Source: Lytechinus pictus (taxonomy: Eukaryota). From it: 64,000 nucleotides of DNA. The translations under genes were made by a program, and so were the position numbers. Positions 49,551 through 62,430 of this stretch are shown here, piece by piece; position 1 is the stretch's first letter; every line of letters begins with the position of its first letter. The DNA is taken from contig NC_087245.1 in assembly GCF_037042905.1 (NCBI RefSeq), forward strand, positions 32,056,001 to 32,120,000, read 5' to 3'. The notes under the pieces are model-generated. The model was given only the letters and a program-made list of their open reading frames with translations, searched no databases and was not told where the DNA came from.

Positions 49551-50739
49551 TATTTTGATGGAGGAGGGGCTATGATAATAATTATAGAAAGTGCCAATTT
49601 CTCTCTCAAATTATGAAAACTAACATTTTTCAAAAATGAGTATGAGTCTTGGTAGGATGGAAGATTCATACATGATGTGAACGAGGCTGGCAAGTGCTAG
49701 CTGGCAGCTACATATAGATACCAATCACCGACACGCACTCCTTGCCCTTAGCACTTCTTTAATTCTCTCATGATTTTAGTATATCCTTTGATTGCAGGTT
49801 ATGCTTGCCTCAAGCTCCAGTCCGTTAAACAGTTCATCTTTCACGATCACTTACAAAGATAACATGTTTCTGCCTCCATCATCAAAGAATCAATGGTTCT
49901 TTACAAGCCTAGTTGGTTGCAGGATCCACAGAAAGTGTGATATTTTAGAGTCAACATGTCTAAAGCTTTCCTAAAATGTGCAATCGCACTAACTAATACA
50001 CTTTGCTGGATCAAATTATCAGGCAATCTTGGTAATCAATATAATTATGAAAAGTCATTGTGTTTTCTTCGGTATAAACAATGTGATGTGGTACTCTAAT
50101 GCTACAATGTATTCAAAGTAAAACCGAATGGCAGATGGAATGTAATAATTATGATACACACATAGAATGCAAGAGAAATACTAAATTTAATTGCTCAATT
50201 GATTTCTAAATTATTGTCTGAAAGTGCAATTATAGTTAGTATAAACATGGTGTGTATTCTGAACTCCAGGTATGCTAACAGATGGGCTACGTATGTAAAA
50301 AAAAATATGTGGGTGGCCAAACTAAACACAATTCCCTAACAGAGCAAATACATTCATTTATATACATTTTTCTTTTGGTTAACTGATAAAATCATTTAGA
50401 AAAGATATAAGGAAAATGATTTTCTTAAGTGTTTATATTTGAAAACAAACAATTAAAAAAAATATGTTAAGAAAATGGTTTCATTATGGGCTTTTCGTCC
50501 AATCATAAATGAAGGAAGAGACAAAGTGGTTCACACCAGTGAGGATGCCTGACCCCCCAGAGCCCTCCTTTATAAGTCAATATCTACATTCTGGAGGAAT
50601 TTGTACTTAAATGAATTATTTTGTAAAAGTTGTGTTTCTTCAAATGTGCATTTGTAATTGAAGTCAATTGAATTGAAATTTGAATCATTGCTATTGTAAT
50701 CTCCATGTAATCGGGCTGCCAAGTGTTGTTTATATTCAT

Positions 50740-51293
50740 CAGTGTTGTGGGCCTGGAGGCCGCAAAATCATCCTCGGCCTCGTCATCAAGGACAGAGGTC
50801 AATCCTCGGCCTCGTCCTTGGACACAATCTTCGGATCAAGGCCTGGTCAAGGCCGAGAGAATTTAAGGGTGTGCAAATGCCAAATGTTTTCAGTTTCTCT
50901 AAAATATTATTGAAACTAATAGAGCGAGAGTTGACTGTTGAATACGCTCATCCACCTGTATGAGTACGCTCTTCTTTCTTACTTTCTTTTGTCTTTCAAT
51001 TTTGTTCTTGATGTCAAAGCCAATTAATGCAGCATAGCTGCACTGACAATGATGTGACAGAGATTGTATTCGCAATGCATGTGCGCATGCTATTACTGTA
51101 AAAAAAAATGTTTGCATATGCGCCATTACGTCAATCTCTTGGTATTCTCATTTTAGAATTTATGTCCGGCCTTGGCCTTGTCCTCGAATGGGTCGGCCTT
51201 GTCCTTGGCTCGGGCAAATCGGCCTTGTCCTTGTCCTCGGGTGATCTGGTCTTGGCCTTGGTCTCAGACAAGCCGGCCTCGGACACAACACTG
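50740..51293. mobile_element. hAT-type MITE with perfect 8-bp TSD
   Basis: Ends CAGTGTTGTG / CACAACACTG; ATATTCAT at 50732-50739 and 51294-51301; subterminal ggcctcg/gtcctcg/ggccttg repeats. Confidence 0.92.
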
Positions 51294-52689
51294 ATATTCA
51301 TAAATACCTTTACAACAATCACATAATTAAAGCATGGTTCAACACAATGGGACCGAATGAATAAGGATTACATCTCAATAGTGAGATACCATTCTTCACT
51401 TATTGTTGCCGGGCACCGTGCTAATTCAAAGACAAGACTGAGTTGGCAAACAAGAATGATGTATACTCTTACACCCGAGTGTAAGAAAAATACTCCACAA
51501 CCCACACCAACCCTCGGGCACAAAGGAGATTTTCTCAGAATCAAAAAGAACATCTCGCAGATTGCATCTTCCCTCAATCCTTGCCGAAAATCTGCATCAA
51601 AAGCCAAGACTGAGCCCTAAAAGACTTATTTTGTTGACTTGTAAGATATTATTGATTCTGTAGTTAAGATATTTTTCTAAATGTCAATTTTGAAGGGAAA
51701 GGTACTGCATGCATTTTTAAAGAAAATCAGTGGAATGGATGATGTCAGTTCATGGTTTACGAACATTCAAGCTATCAAATACACTCCTAACTTCCAGGGT
51801 TGAAAAAAATCCAGATGTGAATATTGATCACCGGAATATTTGATCAATTTTCAATCTTAAGGATTAACTATTAAAAATGATTTATATTCAAATCTGTTAA
51901 ATTTAAATGTAAATCCTCAAGATTTTAATCTTAATCTATTCTTAGGCTTGAAACTATTGTGCATTGAGTTGCATAATAAACATAGTGCATAAAAATGGTT
52001 TATATTAAAAAAACTTTAGGGAGTATTGTTTTCCATTTTTGTTCTAACATGCTTTAAAATAATTGAAAAATCATGGCATACCATATTCTTCATATAATGT
52101 AATCATTATTTAAACTAGCAAAAATCTTAATGTCCTCCATTTTTTTTCGTCAAAATTACAAAATGGTGTTTTTAGACTCCATTACAAACTTGATTTTACA
52201 ACTGTAGTACCAGACTGACTGCATCACATATATTTCAAAATAAAACTTAACACATTAAAACGATTATCTGCATGATTTATCAAGATGATATAGGATCTTT
52301 GGAAGATAGCAAAGTCGTCTGATAAATTTGACAGCTGATTCTATTTGGTGTTGGAAGAAAATGAATGATAAACTAGCTGCATCTTACCAAAGAACTGGTG
52401 TCAATGTCTAAAGGGACACTTCTAAGACATCAATCATGCCTTTGACAGAAATAATTCTTATATTTTTGTGAGTTTCAAAATGGGAGGGTTGCCCCACTAC
52501 GAACAAAATTGGCTAAAATCAATGCTGAACATATATTCTTGCATTTACAGAATCAAATTTCCACAACATTGGAAAAAAAGACTTTTCTTTAAGTGCAAAA
52601 AAAATATATTTGCTAAACTAAGATTTTGCTCTGCAGGGGAAAGCCTTCAAACTGTGAACTTTGCTAAAAAGAAAAAGAAAAACACTTAC

Positions 52690-52731
52690 CTCGACTTCTA
52701 AGCAGTATTGAATTTCCTGGTCTGATCTGGC
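52690..52731 (-). other. Candidate 5'UTR mini-exon (42 nt)
   Basis: Near-consensus acceptor ttttctttaattttgcag| and consensus donor GAG|gtaagt only 42 nt apart, on the KCNQ strand. Confidence 0.6.
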
Positions 52732-55118
52732 CTGCAAAATTAAAGAAAACATAAATCATATTAACAATGTTCTACCCACAAATTACAACCATGCTTTTTA
52801 AAAGTTTTTATGCAAGAAAATAATCAATGATTGCTGCACACATAACCATATTAGCTAAACCAAGGTTTTTACCTGCCAATTTAGTGATGGTTGGAAAATT
52901 GCCCCACATCTTACAAACAGTGGGGGGTTCAGGGAGACAAAAACTGGAAATTTATGACCAGTGCTGACCACTGTAGTGATCTATGAATAATTTATGAACC
53001 TATGAATTGTATTCTTCAGAAAAAGTTTTAAAAGTCAAGTTGTATACTATAGGGTGTTATGAAACACAAACAATCAGGTTTTGTTAGGCCCAACTAAAAC
53101 TAATCAATTGGCAACTAATTCATAGACTACTCTTTCGATGTCCGGGTACCGAATATCGAACACTCATTGGCAATAGTTATCCAGTGAAGGGTCTGGACGT
53201 AAGGCTAGGCCCAAAAGTAGTCTCAGATTGGATGTCTATGACGGTGTTATTTGGCGGCTAATTGAACTAGCGTTAGTGAGTAGAGCTAAGACAAGTTGGA
53301 TTGCCATGATTTGGTGTGAACTGTGCGTGGGAGTATAAGCTTTGGGCGAAAGGTGCCAAGGGATTGGACAACTTAGTCTCTAACTAAAGACTCTTGGGTG
53401 ATTTTCTGAGATGTTTCTAGGCCATGGATGAGGTCATAGATAAGAGAAAAATGTAACAGTATGATATAAGACTACATTATAGCATTGTATTCACTTCATT
53501 TTTGTACAAAGATATTTGGTTACACAGCTACATGTACTGCATTCATATCCTCGCACATTCTGAAGTAAATACAATTTTCTTCATAGTCCAACTTAAGTTA
53601 AGTCATAGTGTCTTCTACGGAAGACTAACCAAGAAAGAAAAATAAGGTAAACAGTGCTAGTATTACAACCACATACGTTACACAAATAAAAACGACAAAG
53701 TGATGTAGCGACACTAAAAGCAAGATGTTTGCAGAGCTTTCTCTGATAAAATTATATATTGAAAAGAATGGGGAATGTATTATCATTCAAAACTTGTATC
53801 AAATGTTTAAGGAGAGTACACAAATGAAAGAGTAAACAAATTATTTAAAGCTGCTAAATATTTTAAATTGGTGTATAAAGGGCACCTGTTCACATCTAAC
53901 TTGTAATAACCAAAAATGGAAGGGTGCGCGATCTAATCTTGAGAGAAAATGTGAACATTTATTGAAGTACTTATTATCTGCTATCTAATGCTGATGTAGA
54001 AATGGTGTATTGAACTTGCATACATTGGTCAACTGATATTACAAAGATTTCTCAAATGACGGTTTAAGAAATTTCTTTGAAGGAGAAATTGCTAAAATAA
54101 CTACTACATTTTAGAATTTCTTTTGGTAATGAATGTTAGCTATCTAGAGCTGATATGAATACAGTCCACATTAGCTCCTGTGACATTCGCTCCTACTGAA
54201 AATCAACAGTTATGAAGTTAAACACAAATCCAACTCTATCCTAATTCATAGTCCTTGCAGCATTCTTGAACAAGAACCCTGTCATAACTCAAACCCTTGC
54301 CAATAATCTTGAGAGAAATTAGCGTAGGTGCGATTGTCGCAGGAGCACCCACGCCTCGCAACTCCGCCTTTTTAAAGCAGAGTCTAAGCAGGCTCAATGA
54401 CTCCCCACATGCAAACACTCAACCTTTGTACCCCATTGGGGAAGATGCTATCCATATGGATTCTAAAGAATGTTGCCTCAATGAATATATCAATCAATGA
54501 TTGCATTCAATTTATGAGCGCGAATCAAGTATTCATACCGGTATGTTTTACAATTTCAATTTTTATGACCTTTATCGGCCCACGCACGGATTGCATCAAC
54601 AAACAAGCTTTGCTGGAAGCATACATCAAGTGGCTAGCAGGGCATGTATGATGAGAGCCTCTGATAAATGTTCTGCAACATTCATGGTCCTTGGATATGA
54701 ATATCTTAATAACCGCAGGGAAATCACATGATCATTCGCATCGCTCCTCTCACCGCTTTTAGACGTTCCCATTGATCAGCCCCTTATCAGCGGAATTAAC
54801 CTATGGACTATTGCAACTTGGTGATCACTGTATCAATACCCATGGGATTTACAGAATCCGGTAGTAGAGGGGTTAAAACATGCATGCATGACTTACACAC
54901 CGCGATCAGATCCCACGCACACCCAAACCGCCCATGTCTTGGAATCTATAAATGTTATAATTGTATGTGCTAATGCACAATCATGCCGTAAGCAAAACTA
55001 ATCCACCGAGTCCCCATGTACAGCTGGCTGTATGAGACGCAGGTAAGAAAGAATCTCCAGTAACATGCCATATTCATTACTTTTTTCCCCTACATTTACC
55101 ATTGCATGAGACAATTTG

Positions 55119-55900
55119 GGTTCCTTAACATTTCTTCTGGTGAATATTGTTCTGATAGGAAATTTAAATCCTAACCTCCAAAACAAAATAAACCCTAATC
55201 CTTATCTTTATATTATTCTGAATCAAAAACTCTATTACAATACTAACTCTAACCCTATGGCTTTTGAGATATTAAAGGAGAATGAAACCCTTGAAACTAG
55301 CTGAATCCATATCAAAGAGAAAAATCAAAGAAACATATTGTTGAAAGTTTGAGGAAGATTGAATGAATAATAAGAAAGTTATGAGCATTTGAATATTGAG
55401 ATCACTAGTGCCATGTAGATCCTCTCATCGGCAATGCGACCAAGATCTGTGATATCACACACGTACAACTCCCTCATTACTTTAGTACTTATTTCACTTT
55501 TATTCTCACTTTTATAGAGTCTATCACAAGGTTAGGTGTTTTCTTTATGAGATGACAAGTACAGAGGTTTCACAACATTATATCATTGATGAATCGTTTG
55601 TCATATGATTAGAATGAGCAAAAAGAGATGTTTTGGGGTATATTTTCAGTGTCCGAATGGGAGAGTTGTACGTGTGTGACATCACAGATCTTGGTCGCAT
55701 TGCCGATGGGAGGATCTACATGGCACTAGTGATCTCAATATTCAAATGCTCATAACTCTTTTATTGCTAGTCCTACTTTACTCAAAGTTTTGTTGATCTT
55801 ATTCTTTGATTTTTCTGCTTTCACAAAAGCTAACTTGCTCCAAGAGTTTCATTCTCCTTTAAGACCGGAGCATTGTTGCAGGAGCAAATGCTGTGTCGCC
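55119..55900. mobile_element. Copy of the 42096 MITE family split by a Kolobok-like insertion
   Basis: ggttccttaacattt..aaccctatggcttttgagatattaa, then the insert, then gaccggagcattgttgcaggagcaaatg. Confidence 0.75.
55276..55858. mobile_element. Kolobok-like foldback MITE, TTAA TSD
   Basis: TTAA|AGGAGAATGAAAC .. GTTTCATTCTCCT|TTAA; long inverted arms including an almost perfect block of about 95 bp (55379-55473 versus 55659-55755). Confidence 0.9.
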
Positions 55901-56334
55901 AAAATCTGGGACAAGGCATTAACTTTCATAAGGGGCATAATACTCAGCACCAATAGTACTGTTTCATAATCGGTGATGTAACCAATAGCTTTGAAAGGAT
56001 ATTTGATTTGATTCCCTGTGTACCGCTGTTACTATTGTAACAGTCACTAGACAATAAATTTCATTATTACACTGCCCTTTTCATTCAGAAATCATGATTA
56101 TTGATTATGTTAACTTTGCCAGTAGGGTAACTGGCATGGATACAGTGATATATTGATTACCAATACCATGGCAATGAACATAATGGCAAAATCACAATAG
56201 CAATATTCATGAAATGGACCGTTTGTGCATCATTCCGCAATGATGATATTTATTCTTTTTACATTAGTATAAAATTGTAAAACATCTCTGAAGACAGGTT
56301 CTGAAACTTTGAAGAGCTGTACATTTGAAACGTT

Positions 56335-56605
56335 CAAGACTGGTGGTTCTGAATTGCCTTTTGAAACAGATGGTCACAGGTCCAAATCCTAGGCAAAATT
56401 TCCATTATAAGTATTATATTGATTCTAACTGCGGTGCACTCAACCCAGGTGAGGCGAATGGGTCCCCTGTAGGATTAATTTCTTGAACGCACCAAGCGCC
56501 TTTAACAGCTAGTGCTAAAAAAGCCGGTGTAATATATAGTGCATCAATGAATAGGCACCTAGATAACCAGAGTCTCATAAGTCCTAAATTATTATTATTA
56601 TTATA
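56335..56605 (+). mobile_element. Degenerate family-1 SINE
   Basis: tggtggttctga..gccttttgaaacaga..tgcactcaacccaggtgaggcgaatgggtcc..ggattaattt; (TTA)n tail. Confidence 0.75.
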
Positions 56606-57823
56606 ATCACTGAAAAAATAACTGCACAAAGATTCTCATATTGCTGCAGAGTGTTCTTTTACAAATACACGCAAGTGTCTACAAGGGCTTTTCATTTTTC
56701 ACTGCAGAATGCACTTTCGCTATTGCTTGAAGACCACTCCTCTTTTTCATCCATTGTGTTGTCTGTTCCAAAAGCCTGCATTTGAGCATGGCACAATGGC
56801 ATTTTATCTGAGTAAAGGGCAATAGACTGTTATCAATATTTTATGTCTGCAATATGAGAATCTTAGAGGATCTTCCCTGCATTGCCCGAGGCACACCACC
56901 TAATATTCCTTTTCTTTCTTCTTCTTTTCCCTATCCTTTTTCTGTCTTCGGTTTCCACCAACTCCCAGCAAATTGACACTCGGGAGCATATACCTTGATA
57001 TCGTGGCCATGGCAGTATCAAGTGAGGTCTGCCGAATATTGGAAATGAGGATTTAACCGATATGCGCGGGAGACAGGCGGGCAAGATTTCTGTCTGGTAC
57101 ATATTGACAATACTCTGAGATACAGTTCCATTGAGCAACGGAACAACAACATTCATCTTTTACTTCTATGAATGTTAAGTGTCTCAACCACAGAACTATA
57201 AAATCTTTTTCATCTCGGATGATCAAACTTTTATTTTCCCATCCATATTCCTTTCATTCAAGGTAAAGTGCATGGTTGAAGTCTCCCTCTACTCCTCTAA
57301 GGAAAGATGAGATGAGACAGTCATTGATGTTTGGTTAGATATTTTACTTTCTGAAGTTGGTTCTTACGTCATGTAGTTCATTATTATCATATTGATAATT
57401 GGATTTATGTAGCAGCTTTTCCAAAGTGCTGTTGAAGAGTCAGAATGCGAATTATGTTTACAAAAACATGGGGCAAGAGATTTAAAAGAATTAAAGCCAG
57501 CCTGTTTTCTGAATTTGGGAATGACATAGAAAGGAGTAGATGTAGAATGAAGAGAATATGTAAGAAGAGAGTGTGGTTGACAGAGATTTCTAATTAACAG
57601 ACATACTGAATGATACTAAGGGACAAACCCTTTGGAGTGAAATTCTTATGTATCTTTATAGAGTGCATTATTGCTCCTTTTTATAGACATTTCCACTAAA
57701 AAAAAGATGGAAATCTCACTCAAGGAGTGACATTGGCCACTCTGAAAAGAGTGTGATTCGGGACCAGATTAGTTCTTTTGCATTTAGACAGTAGAGGAAA
57801 CAGAGTCAACGGGGGCCTCAATT

Positions 57824-58100
57824 GGGCACGTCGTGGTCTATTGTTTCTGACTCTCGCCTTTCAAACAGAGGGTCGTGGGTTCAAATCCCAGCCATGGCGT
57901 GTTTTCCTTCAGCAGGAAATGTATCCACACTGTGCTGCACTCGACCCAGGTGAGGTAAATAGGTACCGGCAGGAAGAAATTCCTCAAAAAAGCTGTGCGC
58001 ACCAGAAAGCAGTAGACTAGCTTAGCCGGGGTAATATAGGAGCCCCTTGAGCACCTAGCAAGGTGGATACGTGTGCTATACAAATCCTATATCGTTATTA
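57824..58100 (+). mobile_element. tRNA-derived SINE, family 1
   Basis: Close match to the 5487 copy (gtcgtggtcta..gcctttcaaacagagggtcgtgggttcaaatcccagccatggcgtgttttccttcagc..cactcgacccaggtgagg). Confidence 0.88.
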
Positions 58101-60720
58101 TCTAATTAAAGATAAGATACAACTTTCGGAACATGAAAATGCACCTGTTGCCTCTTGTTGCAATTATTATTACAATCGGTTCTTTTGGAAAAGAAACAGT
58201 TCCTCACAAACAATTCGGACACAAAACATACTTCCGTCTACATGTAAATCCCTGCTCAGCGGAACTAAACACAAGAAGTCACCCGAAGCGGATGCTGCAC
58301 CCATCTTCCAACGTGACATCCACAGGGTATATGTAAGGCAATCCTCATGGTACACAGATTAAGTCATCATACTGCACTCTTAACACTATTCATCAGCATC
58401 TCAGGTGTATGAGACTTTCATTCACCAGCCCTTAAAATAGAGTTCACAGACGTTTGGATACTCTGAAGTTCCTTCACTTGTGCATATATCTTTCTCTAAG
58501 TCAACTGGCAAAAATAAACCCAATATTTAATAGATGGACGAAGAGGATGCCTGTTCTGTGCATAAGTAGTTTTACAAGATTATGTCAACAAAGCACATAG
58601 AATGAGCATCATCCCATGCAAACTAAACCTCATTCCCTTCTTAACAAACCAACTGTGACAATAATATATTGGAGATACGTACAGACTACAGTCTTCAAAA
58701 ACAGTTGTTTGAAATGTACAGTATAGTGTTCTGACACGACCACATCTAGTGCTAAATCCATGGTGATAATTTGACACCAACAGTGTAAATCGAAACACAC
58801 TATTTGGTGTTACATTCAAACTCCATGCACACCCTCTAGTGTTGCTCTCAACATCATACTCTTTTGTTATTTATTTTTTGCAGTGGTGATAATTATATGT
58901 AAAGATATATTTGGAAATCTTGAATATCACAAGACTTCAGAAATATTTTCACAGGCTACAATCGCAATATGCACAAGTAAAACTAATATTGCCGGTTTCA
59001 CTGCCAGGTTCAGTGGAATTCTAGCCTCTAATTCATCTAATGATTCACGTCATCACGTTAAAACCCTCCCTCCCTCCCTCCTGGAAGTTTAGTGTTTATC
59101 TATGCCAGTCCCTTGTTATTGGTCAGAAACACCAACCATCGTCATCCTCCTCGGCGGCGAAGACATTCAACCTTCCCTCCTTATCCTTCATTGGCCCCTC
59201 TGGCCCCGTCTCCCTCCCCGCATCGGGACGGGAACAGTATCCTTAAGCACACACATTAATTCATCCCGCCCGACTAAAAACCCTTCTCAAGCTTGGCTGC
59301 TTGGGTGTCACCCAAATTGGCAACACTGTCAGTCACCTATCTAATGGTGCTTCAAACATGAATGACGTCCCCCTGACAAGGAAAAAAAAAAGAGAGAAAA
59401 CACTGCTTTAAGTCAGTCTCTGACATCACAATTAGTTTAATGTAACTCTATATCGGTGTCTTGAACTGTGTTCTATGTATATATATACGTATGTACCCAA
59501 TACCATCCCCTTACGCACATTGTGTGACGGAAGTTCTTGCATTCCAAATTTGTAGGTCAGGCCACCATTTGATGGTGAAACCTACTTTCCTTTAACTGCT
59601 AACAAATGTAAATTTGCTCAGCATAATGACCACAGTTGATAAATCTAGAATTTATAAAGTCACTACAAAATGTGCAAAATACATCTAGCATATCCACCTT
59701 GGAACTGGATAATACGCAAGAACCATCACGAGAATTTAGTATCTGTTAAAATCAAGAGACTAATACAGCGAAACTCATAGATATCACCAAATATATGAGG
59801 CTTATTTCTTTCAGAACCTTACAATCATGCATTGTAAAAAGTGGGGAGTTAACACTGACACCAATTGATGTTCCTAGATGACTATGGACTGAGGTGTTAA
59901 AATACACAAAATTTTGAACATAACACCAAAGAGTGCAAAAGTAACAACCAAAGGTGTTGCAATTACACCCACGTCTGTTGAACATTGTAAATGTAACACC
60001 TGAGTAAAATGACTGGCGAGTGATCCTGAATGATCACTGATTAACACCACACTTTTTATTTTAAAGTGCTTTCGGAGTGTAAAGGGAAACAGCCTTCTGG
60101 CACTTGGAACATGCTCGAGCGACTCACACCTTCCCTTTAATGCACGATTTGTCGACGAAACATGTTACTAATAAGAACATCAACGATGATGGACGATATA
60201 TGACATCAAACTGATGTTATCATAGCCTGATTTTCCTATGTACAACGATACTGTATCAACATATTCTGCATTGACTATCTCGCTTTGTTTGTCGTCGCGG
60301 GTCTCGGTTACATACTTTCACGGAGCTCAGCAACGTTGCATCCCGAGAACTGTGTCACAGCATGGACATCTTTTCTTCTCCTTATTTTAAGTCAATCTTC
60401 TAAATTAAATTATCCATGTTGCACAACTCCACAGTTCTATAGAGCTGATCACGCATATGGAGTAAAAAAAGATATTAAAGATGATAAGAATATAGACTGT
60501 ACTGCTTGGGCATTTTTTTTAAATATAATTGAGTGGAGAGTATTTTGGGTTTTTTGGAATTGAATGTTTTATAATTAAGTGGATAGTTGTGAAAATATCT
60601 GAATTATGCAAGAATTTTACCTCCAAATCCTTATAGGGAAATGAAACTTCCTCAATACATGAACCCCCCAAGTTAAGGGAAACTTCACCCTGATTAAAGT
60701 TGGTAAAAGTGACAAAATAA

Positions 60721-61515
60721 AGGCCCTGTCACATCGTTCCGTGCAGGACTTGCGGGTGAGTTGTGGGCAGATATTTTCCAGAACGCAATAAAATTTCTGC
60801 GGGCAAACAAGAATTTTCACAAGTTCTCTATGCGCGACGCGTGTAATTTACTGTCGACTTGCGTGCATTGTGTATGGCCTGCGGGCAAGGCACGAGGGTG
60901 GTGCATGCAAGCGCTTCAGTGTAAGTTGCAGGCGACATACGTGCCCTGCGTGTTATCTACTGCCAACCTGCATCAAATCTGCGAGTTACTTGCGTGTGGG
61001 TTGCCTAGTGATATCACCTTGATGATTAGCAGAGGAACTCAACAAACATAATTAACTTGGCCGCAACAGTAAAAGACAGTAATTCGCCCTCAACATGCAC
61101 GCCATTTGCTTGATCTTCGCCCGTAGAACTCACCAGCTACATGTATGTTGGCAGTATCATGACCTTTCCTTGCCAGTAATTCACTTGTATTTTGCACGTA
61201 GAATGCATGCAGATAACATGCATTTCTAGCGCATAGCCAGAGATCCGCGGGCAATCTGCGTACTGCAAGCGGGTTAACTGCGTGTGACTTGTGGATCTCT
61301 TACTGGTGTTCTGGAACCTAAGGGCAAACACCTGCAACTCACCTGGAACAAGTTTTGAGCATGTTTAAAACTTTTCTGAGGGCAAATCAAACTTGCGTGC
61401 GCTCCTGCAGGCAACATGCGTGCGTGATACTGTCAATGCAGGCGACCTGCGGGTAGAAAAAATAGGTACCCGCAAGTCACATGCAAGGCTTGCACGGAAT
61501 GATGTGACAGGGCCT
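60721..61515. mobile_element. Harbinger-like MITE (795 bp), apparently inserted into a Kolobok-like remnant
   Basis: 25-bp TIR AGGCCCTGTCACATCGTTCCGTGCA / TGCACGGAATGATGTGACAGGGCCT with one mismatch; TAA and TGA flanks; preceded by ttaagggaaacttcaccc, similar to remnants at about 18540 and 23650. Confidence 0.85.
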
Positions 61516-62042
61516 TGATAGATAAGTGTACACATTGTGTTTCAGCCCCAAAAAGTTAATGATTTTGTAAAGCTTTATTTTTGTTGATGTCACCTTCATA
61601 AAATGTAATAGAAAAGTGAAATATGGTTTCACCTGTGAATTCAAATATATCATCGGTCACATTATTTCAAGCACACTTTGCATGAGAAAATCGTTTCCAC
61701 TCGTCATGCACCAATGAAAAAAGTGAATTTATGGAATTCATACATGACATGACATATTGGGTGGTAGGTGTTTGCATGTGACGTTACGAAATCAAAACTG
61801 TTCTTTACTTTATTCTTTTAACCAATTTTGCACCATGGTGGAAGTTTCTTTGTAAATGTTAAAGAGAGCTACAATCATGGCCCCTACCCACTTGGATAGT
61901 TTTTCCTTCGACATGGCATAATGCATTCATTTTTTCAAGACCGAGAACTAGGATTCCACAAAGGAATCACTGGGTACATTATTTAGTCATTAAATAATCA
62001 ATTAATACAAATATGGTTTATCCAACCCCTGCAATTGCAAGG

Positions 62043-62430
62043 TTATTATTATTATTTGTTTGGCATCACCTGTGGCTGGGAGGCGAAAAGCGAAATGAAT
62101 CACTGTGACCCGCAGGTCTCTCCTCCCGATATAACTAATTGGGGGGGGGGGGGGTTGCAGGTGGACCACTACACCGGGGTTTCCCCCTACTTTTATACAA
62201 ATATTTCAGTGGGTTCTTAACATGCAAAGGAGGTGACTCTCTTCTACATGGGGCCTCCATTTAACGTCTAATCCGAGAAACAGATTGTTTTCCACTGTAA
62301 CATAGCCTGCATCTATGGAACATGGGAGAGATGTTTACACACAATGCACTGGCGTCAGTCATCCGTCTGGGGTGGACTCGAACCCACGATCTTTGGTTCG
62401 ACAGGCAGACGCTTTACCGACTGAGCCAAC
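62043..62430 (-). mobile_element. tRNA-derived SINE, family 3 (Deu-domain-like core)
   Basis: Minus strand reads ttggctcagtcggtaaagcg..gggttcgagtcc, then acgttaaatggaggcccc..gttaagaacccactg..agtagggggaaaccccggtgtagtggtcc, and a (TAA)n tail. Confidence 0.72.

Noticed and set aside
53700..54140. Possible decayed LINE ORF2 end (minus-strand CPLYTNLK)
   Set aside because: Only a short motif among many stops; not enough to annotate without a profile search.
55943..55960. TCAGCACC half-site resembling an RE1/NRSE silencer
   Set aside because: The GGACAG half is absent.
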